DNA from: the human T2T-CHM13v2.0 reference genome, Homo sapiens | NCBI RefSeq assembly: GCF_009914755.1 | Contig: NC_060934.1 | Strand: one strand, 5' to 3' | Length of the DNA stretch: 64,000 nt | Part shown: in pieces, positions 1 through 11,960 of the stretch | Layout of the letters: every line of letters starts with the position of its first letter | Position numbering within the stretch: position 1 is the first letter of the stretch | Made by a program: the position numbers and the translations under genes | The notes under the pieces: generated by a model | Databases searched by the model: none | What the model was told of the DNA's origin: nothing | The model's input: only the letters and a program-made list of their open reading frames with translations

Positions 1-57
1 AAAAGTACCAAAAATGGTGGTTGGTTTTAACCTCAATTACTTTTACACCAACCCAAT
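1..57. mobile_element. MADE1/Hsmar1-type mariner MITE fragment, cut by the window edge
   Basis: caattacttttacaccaacccaat matches the MADE1 right terminal inverted repeat. Confidence 0.6.
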
Positions 58-642
58 GAAATGTTTGCTCCCATGACCCAGTGAAGAGTTAGGGCATCAT
101 CTTATTAGGATATCGCTCAGAAGCCTGGCCACTCTCTGGGCATCATACTCCTGAAAGAAATGGTCTTGCGACATCTACTGTTTTGGAATTAATTGACAGC
201 AATGCATAAAGGTTTGTGTGGTTGATTTGTTGTACTGTTCTTCATTTGAGAATGAATTATACTATCCAAGGAATATGTTGAAACAAACTGGACTTTTTTT
301 TTGTTTGGCAACCTATATCGTCAATCATTATAAGCACAAGTACATTCAAGAAACCATCAGTACTGTCTGTGAGGTTCTGCACACACTTTCCAGGGGATGC
401 AGGCTCAGGGCTGGGCCATCAGGGGTCCTTCATCAAGAACAAGGGTGACCTCACAGAACCTTTTCTAAAAATTCTCTCACGGAAAGTCCCTTTTCTGTTT
501 ACACCTCTTGATTCCTCTTTGGCCTCTTTTGTTTCACAGCAAAACAGAAGTAGAAAGAGGTGCTCTCGTGACGGCAGTGCCACGTCGCTTCACAGACCTT
601 TTGTGCTGACAGCTCCCTGGCCACTAATTAACTTCTAAGTAT

Positions 643-751
643 TTATGTTGGTGCAAAAGTCATTGAAAGTAATTGTGGTTTTTGCCATTTAAAGTAATTT
701 TTGCCATTTAAAGTAATGGCAAAAACCACAATTACTTTTGCACCAACCTAA
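643..751. mobile_element. MADE1 mariner MITE with internal duplications
   Basis: TIRs ttatgttggtgcaaaagt...acttttgcaccaacctaa followed by TA; tttgccatttaaagtaa occurs twice internally. Confidence 0.9.
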
Positions 752-1311
752 TATTTAAAAGGCAGAACACCAGTTTTTGGTAGAGTAAAATAATTAATAA
801 CACTTCACTGTAAATATTTTTCTCCTGTATTTCCTAGCACTGGATGAGTGTCTAGCCTCTGAGTCAGCTTTTACTGACAGTTCAAGCTTGGTGGAAAATA
901 ACTTCTAAAGAACAAGGAAACCAAATAGCATATGATTCCTAAGCAGAAATGAAGGGATTTTAATACAAAGTAGTTGATGTTCAGAGATCACTGGGACACA
1001 GTGTGATCCAGAATGGAAGTGGAGTTGGAGTCATGTATGTGAGGATGGGAGAGAAAGAGAGGATCTAGAGAGAAGGGGAGACAGTGAAGGATGGCAGAAC
1101 AAGCGCATGCCAGGGAGGGTGAGCACCCTGAGATACTCAGGACAGGGGCGCTTTAGGGGTACAGTAGCTGCCAGGCAGCAGATGGAGTACGGGGACTTGA
1201 AGGGAAGCAGGCGCACCAGCTGGGGGTCCCTACTGCAGTGCGCTACATAAGAGGTGATGGAGGCTTGCCCTCAGGTGGCGCAGACGAGGCCATGAGAAGC
1301 TGTTAGATTCA

Positions 1312-1543
1312 AGATATATTGATATATTCTATATCTCATTCTATTGATATATATATATATACACACATCAATATCAATATATATCTTATTCTATTGATAT
1401 ATATACAGAACAATATATATCTCATTCTATTGATATATATCAATAGAATATAGCTATAATATCTAATATAGAATATAATATCTCATTCTATTGACATATA
1501 TTGACATATTGATATACTGATATATATATATATTGATATATTC
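1312..1543. repeat. AT-rich low-complexity repeat (ctcattctattgatatata units)
   Basis: repeated attctattgatatat units in both orientations. Confidence 0.85.
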
Positions 1544-1552
1544 TGATGACTG

Positions 1553-1852
1553 TTTTTGTGTTGTTGTTTGTTTGTTCATTTGAGGCAGGGTATCTCTCTG
1601 TGGCTTAGGCTGGAGTGCAGTGGAACAATCTCGGCTCACTGCAACCTCTGCCTCCCGGGCTCCCACTTCAGCCTCCAGAGTAGCTGGGGTTACAGGTGCC
1701 CGCCGCCATGCCTGGCTAATTTTTGTACTTTTGGTAGAGATGGGGTTTTACTGTGTTGGCCAGGCTGGTTTCGAACTCTTGGCCTCAGGTGATCTGCCTG
1801 CCTTGACCTCCCAAAGTGTTGGGATTACAGGTGTGAACCACCACGCCCCGCC
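1553..1852 (-). mobile_element. AluS
   Basis: antisense dimeric Alu; (TTG/TTTG)n tail; TSD gatgactgtt. Confidence 0.95.
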
Positions 1853-3191
1853 TGAGATGACTGTTGATAGGACACGCTAATGAAGGTAAGAGAGGGAGAA
1901 GAAAAATAGATGACTTTATTTTGTGACCTGAGTAATGAGATAAAAGCCTGGGCTATTTCCTGAGATGGGAAAGACTGAAGATATGGCAGCATTTGGGGAG
2001 GATGTCAAAAGTTAGATGAGGACCAGGTGACGCTTTAACTCTATTAAATATCCAAGCAAAGGTGACTGCAAGGCATTTGGATATAAGGAGGTAAGGCACA
2101 TTGAGTGTTGGCTAAAACAAGGCATACCTGTGACAATGGACCCAAACTCAGGCCAAAAAAATTGGGGTTAAGAGTAATACATTCAGTCATCAGATTAGTA
2201 CAGTCAGACAAGAATTATTAATTTCCTGCCATGTCCAAAACACTGTCATAAGCCCCATGGGAGTAAATTAGGCAGTCCTAGAAATCAGCCTGGAGGAAGA
2301 CACAGATGGAAACAATTCTGATACCAGGTACGCTAAGATATGTTTATAACAATAAAGCAAGCTCTATTGGTATGAGGGGACAGAAAGAGTGAGGTCTTTT
2401 GATTTGAAAATACCCCTTGAGGTAGGATTAGGGATAAACCTAAAGGATTGCGTAGACTAAAGGAGAAGGCTTTTTAAACAAACAAATCACTTTAGCAACA
2501 GTGCACTTGAGGAGGTGCTTGTGGAAGGGCAGGCAGGCTGATCGGGCAAGGATGTCGGGTGCAGAAGGTTTGCAGTGGCAGAGAGGGCAGGAGAGGCAGA
2601 CCAGAGGTCTGATAAGGACTTTGGCTTTAATTCTGAAATAATGAGGAACCACCGAAGCCTTATCACTGGGGGATTTCCATGCTCAGGTTGTTGTTGTAGG
2701 AAATTGAAGAGAAAAGATGGACCACCATGAGGGAGACGCTAGAAATACTGGCCTCATCTTTCCACCTGGATAGTTACCAGCAAACAGTGTGGTTCAGAAA
2801 CTAATTCTAAATTCGTATGTGGTTCTTGAAGGCCCAGAAAGAGGAAAAATAGAAAATAGTAGAGGAGTTTCTGACTGAGTTATCATACAGCAAAGCCTAG
2901 GAGGTTGAGGGGATTGAAGGGAAGAAGTGGCCGACTCTGCCACGTTGGGGTTAGGGAAATAGGGAGTGTCACCAAAGAGGACACTGCAGTTATCTGAGTT
3001 AGGTGGTCTGGAGGGAGGACATTTTCCAGAGTCCAGGAGAACACAAGTCAAAGTCATAATCATCCATCTCTCCTATGTTGGGTTCATACCATTAGATAAA
3101 GTATGATAATATCACAACAATTTAGGTCAGAGGTTCAGAGGTTCTCTGAAATGAACCATTTCATAAAAAAAAAAATAAAAAAAAAAGGAAT

Positions 3192-3476
<285 letters not shown>

Positions 3477-5307
3477 AAACATAATTTTCTAAGCATAATT
3501 TTCTCAATTTTTTAAGCTTATTGACAAAAATGTATTAGCCATAACACTCACTTATCTATGCAACAACTTTTTAGTTTTCTGTTCTCTTTTCTTTTTCTTT
3601 CTTTTATTATTTGAGCCCAAGCATTGAATACACAGTTACTTTTAGACACAAGTAGATTCAATTTTTTAGTGACAGCTGTGTTTCTAAATTGCCCGTCTTC
3701 GTTTCTCTTCAGATTCTTTATCTGTAAAATTAGCAAAGTGGCAATCTTCTGTTATGGCCCCGGTGGGGATTGAAGTGATTAGGTGACCACATACCTTGAA
3801 AACAGAAATTGTTTTGAGAACATTATAGCCTCAGGGCCTTACAGCTTTGGCCAAAATGGCCACAATAGGGTAATTTCCTTATTACTATTCTTTAATGAAC
3901 CTAATTCTCTTAGGCAAGATTAGGGGAAAAAAAGAAGGGGGAGAAAAGTGAGAACAGGCAACAGGCTGCAGTGATTACTTCTCTGGTTTAGTATTTACAA
4001 AAAGCCCATGGAGAAAACACCACCATAATGTAGAGAAGGGACAGATGCTCACAGAGTGTCAGATATGCCTGCAAGTCACACAGCTAGTTAGTGACACGAG
4101 GGCTGGGCGGGGTGGGGGACGGGGTGGAAAGGGGAGGAGGAAGGGGGAGTACGAAACCAATTCAAATCACAGTTAAAAACACCATCGCTACATAGGCTTT
4201 CTAGGCCCAAGCCAGTCTATCATCAACATGAGGCATCCCTCAGATCCTTTTACAAAAATCGGTATTAGTTTACATATCTCTCTCAAATCTGAAGGTTGAT
4301 ATGATTTACCTTAAAATTCAGAGATCTAACAAGATTTCACCTATTGGGAGTTCCACAGTGACTTCTGAACATGCGAGCTGAAGGTAAATTATTCTTCTGG
4401 GTTCAGGCTGACTGTCTCGCTATCTCTTAAAATCTGTGTTGTTACGAACAAACAATCATCTAAGGCATTTATGAGTCGTGAGCTGTAATGTTGTTAAAAC
4501 TGAATCACAGAGAAAGCATGGAAGACTCAGGCCCTGCGTGCAGCGGATGGGGTCTTAGGTACCCGAAGGGGCCTCGCCTGCCAAGGCTTAGTGTTTGTAT
4601 ATGAAAACATTCCTATGGTAACGGACCGAGTAAACACGAGAAAACAAACCAGCCAAATGTTATCGTTGAAGCTCTTCACTTCCAGAGGGAGGGTTTAGAC
4701 TCCCTATTTCTCCACAACTTTTGATTACCAAAATGTGCGTTCAGCTTTCTCGATTTTGTTTGGAAAGAAATGAATGAACAACAGCAGAAGCAACATCGGG
4801 GGAAACACTTGCCAGTGTCCTGAGCAATTCCTTTGGCTTGTTTATAACCAAATACAGCAGCGGGGCAGGAACACCATGACCTCTGCACACTCAACCTCTC
4901 CAGGAATTCTTTTGGAGCCACTGTGACGCGGCACCAGCCTCACTGCACATCTTTGTTCTTTTTGGTGTTTTCTAAACTGAGTTCCTTTTTTTAAAAAAAA
5001 AAAAAATACCAACGTGTTCAAATTCTATGCATTGTTTTTATGAATGAGGGTTCTTGAAGGAAGCAAAGTTCTCGCAGGGTGATTCAAACGAGGAGCTCTT
5101 GGTGGAGACAACTCACAGACTTAACTCTCAGCAGAGTGAGGTGTCAGCACACCTGAAAACATAATTGTCATGTGCTGTCTGGGTCCAAAAGACCCTTTGT
5201 ATTTGTACATTTTAAACATTTTAAAGTTTTTCTACAGGTAATTTACAGGTGTGAAAAGTAAACTTTTCATTAGAGAAAATGTTCCTGGTGGTCCTTAGAG
5301 ATATATT

Positions 5308-5822
5308 TGTGGTGGGCAGACTTCTAAACAGCTGCCGATAACACCCGTCCCCTGATATTCACACCAGCCTTGGGTACCCTAGCCTCTGGAGAGGGGGCTG
5401 GACTTAGTGACTTTGTTCTCCCCAGCAGAACTCAGCAAAAGTGAGGGGTCTCATTTCAATTATTAGGTTACAAAACGTGATTGCCCAGGTAGCAGGCTCC
5501 ACTGCCCTCCTGAGTTGGTGCTTCATGAAGCAAGCTGCCGTGGTGTAGAAAGCTTCCATGGAGAGGCAGGGACCTGAGGGCGGCCTCCAACCAACAGCCT
5601 GTGAACAGCCACGTCTGGCCAACAGCCCTGTGGCTTGGAAGTGACCCCTTCCTGGCTGAGCTATGTGGTGACCACAGCCCAGCTGCTGCTGGCTGCAGCC
5701 TGTGGAAGGTTCCGGCCGAGCTGTGCCAGATCTCGGACCCAAAGAAGCTGAGATCATAAAGGTATGTTGTTCTAAGCCACTATGTCCTGGGATAGTTTGT
5801 TATACAGTGATGGGTAATAATA
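5308..5822 (+). mobile_element. MLT1 (E/F-like) MaLR solo LTR
   Basis: starts tgtggtgggcagacttcta; ends ctaagccactatg...gtttgttatacagtgatgggtaa as in MLT1 3' ends. Confidence 0.75.
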
Positions 5823-5995
5823 ATTTCAGTCTTATTGAGGCATGCTTCACACACAACAAAGTTCAACCATTTCATGTATATAATTTTTTTCAAAGTTATA
5901 GGTAGAATAATAAATGTTAAGAATCAACTCATAAAACACTTCCATCACCCCCCAAAATTTCCTCCTACTTCTTTCTTCAGCCCCTGGTAACTATC
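5823..5995 (-). mobile_element. Old L1M 3' UTR fragment
   Basis: ttattgaggcat...aacacttccatcaccccc resembles L1ME 3' end. Confidence 0.5.
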
Positions 5996-6284
5996 ACTCA
6001 AGGATTCTTGGGCTGAAGAAAGTTAATCTAGAGTATCATCGTCTGAAAGTGTACCATCTGCGATTTCACTTACACATCCATTCTGACTTCACTGGCGTTT
6101 AGAGAACTCATCTCCGTCTCTTTGCCTCCATCTTCTGATTAATATGTATGGATGGTTTTCCTCTGTCAGTTTTCTGATTTGTCATTAATAAAAAATAGAA
6201 AATAAAAAGTTCTGATTTCTCAACGCTGATCAATGAGAACTACGACATTTCACAAAGATGCTGCTGCCAGTCTTTTTCCGAATC

Positions 6285-6305
6285 TTCTCGGAAGATTGTG
6301 CAATC
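6285..6305. promoter_or_regulatory. Adjacent STAT (GAS) and C/EBP motifs
   Basis: TTCTCGGAA (6285-6293) directly followed by GATTGTGCAATC (6294-6305) in sequence with no repeat I recognise; motif match only. Confidence 0.4.
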
Positions 6306-6622
6306 GTTTGGAAACTGGAAGAAGAAAACTGGAAACTATTACTTGTTTGGCATTTGCATCACCTCGTAGGCCTTCCATATCGCCTCCATCTCCCATTATT
6401 TTAGTATTTTTTAGCATTATTGGGAATAATCGCTGAGTAAGGATGAGTGATAATGATATAATCCCTCAGATTAAAAAATAATGAAACTTTTTAAGACAGG
6501 GGAAAAATAAGACCTCAAAGATTCCGTAATGTATCTTGATTTTATAACAGAACTCAATGAACTTATATGACAATTAGAAGATTAAATACATTTTGTTCTG
6601 TTATAAAAATGGTAATTTTTAA

Positions 6623-6982
<360 letters not shown>

Positions 6983-7783
6983 AAAAAAAAAAAAAAAAAA
7001 AAAAAATGTATTCTTTTTCTTTGCCTTTTGGAAGACCTCTAAGAACAAATAAAAATCATGAGATGTCATTCAAACTACTTTAAAAATATCTCAATACACT
7101 AGACCTGGCTCCAGTGTCTCCTGCTGGTGGACGTGATAAAGACACAGTGAGACCCCAGAGACCAGCAAATGGGGAGCCACAGCACCCCAGGACCCAGGGC
7201 AACGTAAAGACATGCATTAGTGAAGGAGCCCAGCCAGAAACAGCACCCTGAGAAAGGCCACCGGGTTCGAGGAACCCAGGAGGAACCCTGTTATCGCCAT
7301 GAGGCGGTGCCCAAGCAGGGAGGGCACAGGGCAAGAAAACCTGAAGTCGCTCCTCCCTCCCAGACATCTCTACTGTCTTCACTAAGCCAAACTCGTTCAG
7401 CTGCCACCTTCCAGGGCCAAGCAGGCAGAGAACGGGGCTGGGCGGTGACGGTGGAGAATAACCTGCACGTGCTTCTGCCCGTTTCCTTTAAATGTCATGT
7501 AGCTCAGGCGTTTCCATTTTTAGCACACGTGGACACATGTCAGTCTTTTAAGCTCCTCGAAACAATGAACCATGGATGACCCACATCAGGGAAGAGCTCA
7601 TGAAGGAGCTGATGTTCCCTCTGTGCCTGGAAGGATTTTAGCACATTTTGCTGCCTGTGAAGCAGAACTTGCACCCGAAAATGTAATGGACCAAATAAGG
7701 ATAGAAGTTGAGACAAGGTGGGCTGTGTGGGCAGAGGTGGGCTGTCTAACTGGGCAGAGGAAGCAAGGCTTAAAGAGTGATGT

Positions 7784-8083
7784 GGGCTCAGTCACGCTGG
7801 CTCACGCCTGTAATCCCAGCACTTTGGGAGGCCGAGGCGGGCTGATCATTTGAAGTCAGGAGTTCGAGACCAGCCTGGACAACATGATGAAACCCCGTCT
7901 CTACAAAAAATACAAAAATCAGCCAGGCATGGTGGCATGCGCCTGCAGTCCCAGCTACTTGGAAGGCTGATGCAGCTGAATTGCTTGTAGTCACAGCTAC
8001 TGAGGAGGGAGGCAGAGGCTGCAGTGAGCAGAGATCGTGCCATTGCACTCCAGCAGAGTGAGACTCCATCTCAAGAAAAAAGA
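7784..8083 (+). mobile_element. AluS
   Basis: dimeric Alu with a small internal duplication (tgtagtcacagctact). Confidence 0.92.
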
Positions 8084-8084
8084 A

Positions 8085-8379
8085 GGCCGGGTGCAGTGGC
8101 TAACGCCTGTAATCCCAGCACTTTGTGAGGCCAAGGCAGGTGGATCACGAGGTCAGGAGATCGAGACCATCCTGGCTAACATGGTGAAACCCCGTCTCTA
8201 CTGAAAATACAAAAAATTAGCCAGGCATAGTGGCGGGTCGGTAGTCCCAGCTACTCAGGAGGCTGAGGCAGGAGAAAGGCGTGAACCTGGGAGGCGGAGC
8301 TTGCAGTGAGCCGAGATCATGCCACTGCACTCCAGCCTGGGGGACAGAGCAAGACTCCATCTCAAAAAAAAAAAAAAAA
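8085..8379 (+). mobile_element. AluY
   Basis: gatcacgaggtcaggagatcgagaccatcctggctaac and ggcgtgaacc..ggagcttgcag diagnostics. Confidence 0.93.
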
Positions 8380-10320
8380 GTGACGTGGTGTGGCCTAGGC
8401 TGCGGAAAACATGGTCTGCCTCTTCCAAACTCTTCAATTTTTATCAGGAGAAAGGCTCATTAGCACGAGCTTCCTTTAATGGCTAGCACAAAATAGGTGT
8501 TTAATAAATGACCTTGTTGATGAAGAGGATTAATGAACCAAATCTGCATTGTTTTGCTTAATTAGGTATATTTATTTAGGCATGTATTATTAGCAAAACA
8601 TTTTGGAGATCTGAGGAAATGATCTGGACAATTTTAAGACAGAAATCCTGATATTTAGCTAGCAGTTATTTTAGGTGTAAATAATCAATGATGTTAAGTA
8701 GATTCAATTAAATAATTGTTCAAATGTATTTTGCTTCCTTAGACAAAGGGTAGACATAAACTATACCACGTGGCATAGTCTTTTTTGTTCAAAAAGGTAG
8801 TCAGTCTGTCTTTGAAAGATCAACTTGACCTAAAATTGTAATTCAGTGTATCTTCATATAAAATTATTAAATTTTTATCTGCAGAATTATTTTCAACAGC
8901 ATTGATTGCAATAGTTTTGCGATTATGCTTTCCTTTAGATAATAAGCCAATGACTTCTTCCGTCTTACTTTATGCATAATAGAATTGTTATAAGAGAATT
9001 AAACCTGAGAGTACTTCCATTATTGGAAGAATTTCTCCTGTCAGCTTTTTGTCAACTGCTTATAAAACTGTAGAAGAAAAATTATTCTTCAATATACGGT
9101 TTTCATTATGCATTAGATGCCTTTAATATTCCTAAGTGCCATAATTTCACATATGCCGTGTGTCACCTGGTGTATGTAAACATGAAATTACTTGGAGATT
9201 ATTGCATAGTTATATCAAAATGCTGAGCAGAAAAAAAAATGACATCCAATATTCACCCAGGCTTTAGACAATACATTTTTGTTTGATGTGAAAGCATTCA
9301 TAATTTCATCACAGAAGAGCATTTTTCAATGGTGCTCCCAGATTGCCTGTAAAAGATAATTCCTCCCTTGTGGACAGGCTTCTATCTCATGCCCTCCGCG
9401 TGCCGCTGGTTTATCTGTGCAGAGAGGGACACCCAAAGGGGGACAGTGAGCCCACTGTGTCTTTTAGAACCCAAAGCGAGTTACTGCAAACCTCAGGCAA
9501 TTGAAGTGAATATTGGCTAGCTCAAAAGGCTGTGAAGATGACCACCGTATCTATCTGAGTAATTTTTTCTTCTGTCTCAGTCTTGAAATCAGGCATGGTT
9601 ATTTTTATTTTCGGTGTATGCAGGCTTAACCTATGTGCTTATATTCACAATGAACTCTTGAATCGGATCCTCTGTGTTTTGCTGGGGAGTATTCATTCCC
9701 CACTTGACCTGCTTTGTTGCTCAAAACTTTGTAGCTCATCTTTGCCTTCCCGTCTGTTTATTCTTGGTGTGGGGTTGTCAAGGAGAAATGTTGGAAGGGA
9801 GAGAAGGGAGCAGGCATCATAGATGGTATTACAGGCGGCTGGTCTCTCCTCTCTCAGCCAACTATGAGAACTATTTGGGATTGAAGGAGATAAGCTACAG
9901 CAAGTCGTTACTTGTCCTGAATGCACGACCTTCTTTCTTTGAGCAAGAGGACAAACCTGGGTAGGGATCTCTATGATGTTTTCTGCGTTGCCCGTGGACG
10001 TTCATCTTTCTGATTTGTTAGCTGAAGATGAGGATCTGGAGCAGGAGCTCGGAGTGCCATTGTTCCATGGGCAGATGTGCAGCAGAGATTGTGAGTGGGG
10101 TCTGTTGGGGCGGTCAGGGGGCCCTCCTGAGCTGGCCTCTCTCGCCTGCGACTTCACAATGCTTGTTCTGAGTTCAGCGTTTTCACTGGAGAGAGCTACA
10201 GCTGGGAAGTGCTGTTTTTTTCTAGGTGCTCTCAGCTGCTATTACCTCTTCTATCTCTTCCTCTGGAAAATATTAGGGGCCTTTTTGTCTTAACAGAAGA
10301 AGAAGTAGATTCATTCATTC

Positions 10321-10631
10321 TTTTTTTTCTTTTTCTTTTTCTTTTTTTTCAGACAGTCTCGCTCTGTTGCCCAGGCTGAAGTGCAGTGGCACGATCTTGG
10401 CTCACTGCAACCTCCACCTCCCTCCCGGGTTCAAGCGATTCTCCTGCTTCAGAATCCTGAGTAGCTGGGATTACAGGCTGTGCCATCATGTCTGGCTAAT
10501 TTTTGTATTCTTAGTAGAGACGGGCTTCACCATGTTGGCCAGGCTGGTCTCCAACTCCTGACCTCAGGTGGCCCACCAGCCTCGGTCTCCCAAAGTGCTG
10601 GGATTACAGGCGTGAGCCACCGCACCCGGCC
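10321..10631 (-). mobile_element. AluSx-like
   Basis: antisense dimeric Alu; TSD attcattcattcttt. Confidence 0.95.
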
Positions 10632-11608
10632 AATATTCATTCATTCTTTCTCACCTCTTCCTCCGCTCTTTAAGGTTGAGCTTGCCTGGCCCAAGGCACA
10701 GAGTTCTGGGAAGGATGGAAGAGAGAGGAAGGGAGAGCACCAACATCACGGACCGCCTTTCACATCAGCGGCAGCAGCAGTAAAACCCCCAGAAAACCTG
10801 GGGTAGGCGTGGGGGTCTGTTTAGATCAGCCCTGGAGGCAGCCTCCCATGTCCCTCCTGGACATTTGTTCACCTTCACAGAACCCACTTCTTTCCCATCG
10901 TCTGTTCGGATATCTGTTTCCTGCACCGGGCAGGTAGCACAGCACACTCAGGGGTTTCTCTGACTCACCTTGGCAGCCCCAGCCCTCAGCACACTGCCTA
11001 CCACTTAGTATTTAGAGAACCTATGCCCTTTGAAAAAAGTAGGTAAATAGTAAAATATTATTTTTACCATTGGAACAAACACAATTATATGCTTGATGAA
11101 ATTCAAACAGTACAAATGCAAGAAAAGAAAGGCTTGTTAGGTACAAATATTGGAAGAAAAGAGCTTGGGGCCAGAAGTGACCCCAGACAGATGGGCTGGG
11201 AAAGAAGGGCTTTACAGGGACCTCAGTGGCACACAGGGCCTAGACCCAGAGATGGGGCCTTCTTGACAGGACACCTCTGTCCAAGGGCATGGGTTGCGCT
11301 CATGTCTCTGTAACATATTTCAAAAAGGATGCAAAGAAACCCAACTTTTCCGGAGAAAGTGGCAAAAATAATGAAGAGTGGTTGACCAGAAGGCTTAGGG
11401 CCCTGGGACTGTGTTGCTAGAGAGTAAGAACCACCTGTCCTTGAGCAAACCAAACTGGCTTTGATCTTCTGCCCTTCTCTGTAGAGGACTGAGCAGGAGG
11501 AAATAAGAATTACATGAAGAGCTTCCTAGGGAGCTTCCGGAAGAAAATCTTAGTCCCCTGCCCTGGACACTTTCGCCAGTCAAGGGCAGAAGGTGGCTAA
11601 ACAATAGG

Positions 11609-11960
11609 ACGGTTGAGTATCCCTTATTCATAGTGCTTAGGACCAGAAGAGTTTTGGATCATGAATTTTTTTGGAGCATTTCAGATTTTCACAGCCGCAG
11701 GTAGGGGGACAGGTTGATGAAAGCCCCGCTGTGTCCCGTGATTTGTGACAGATATCTGTTTTCTTCCTCATTCCAATGCATCATCTTGGATTTTGGAATA
11801 TTTGCATTATACTTATCAGTTGAGCATCACAAATTCAAAAATCCAAAATCTGAAATGCTCCAAATAAGAATTTCCTTTCAGCCTCATGTCGGCGTTCAAA
11901 AAATTTCAAATTTTGGAGCATTTTGGATGTCAGATTTTCAGACTTGAGGTGCTCAGCCTG
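11609..11960 (+). mobile_element. Tigger4a (MER46A/Zombi) MITE with about 100 bp internal insertion
   Basis: cggttgagtatcccttat...gttgagcatcacaaattcaaaaatccaaaatctgaaatgctcc...gtgctcagcctg then TA. Confidence 0.85.

Larger units (their letters stand above)
1040..2700 (-). mobile_element. Fragmented L2 LINE remnants interrupted by an AT-rich repeat and an Alu
   Basis: purine-rich L2-antisense-like tracts at about 1040-1320, 1880-2090 and 2230-2700 (e.g. aaggactttggctttaattctgaaataatgagg). Confidence 0.55.

Noticed and set aside
7100-7255. Possible terminal coding exon DLAPVSPAGG...QPETAP*
   Set aside because: No polypyrimidine tract at the acceptor, no recognised homology and no upstream partner exon.
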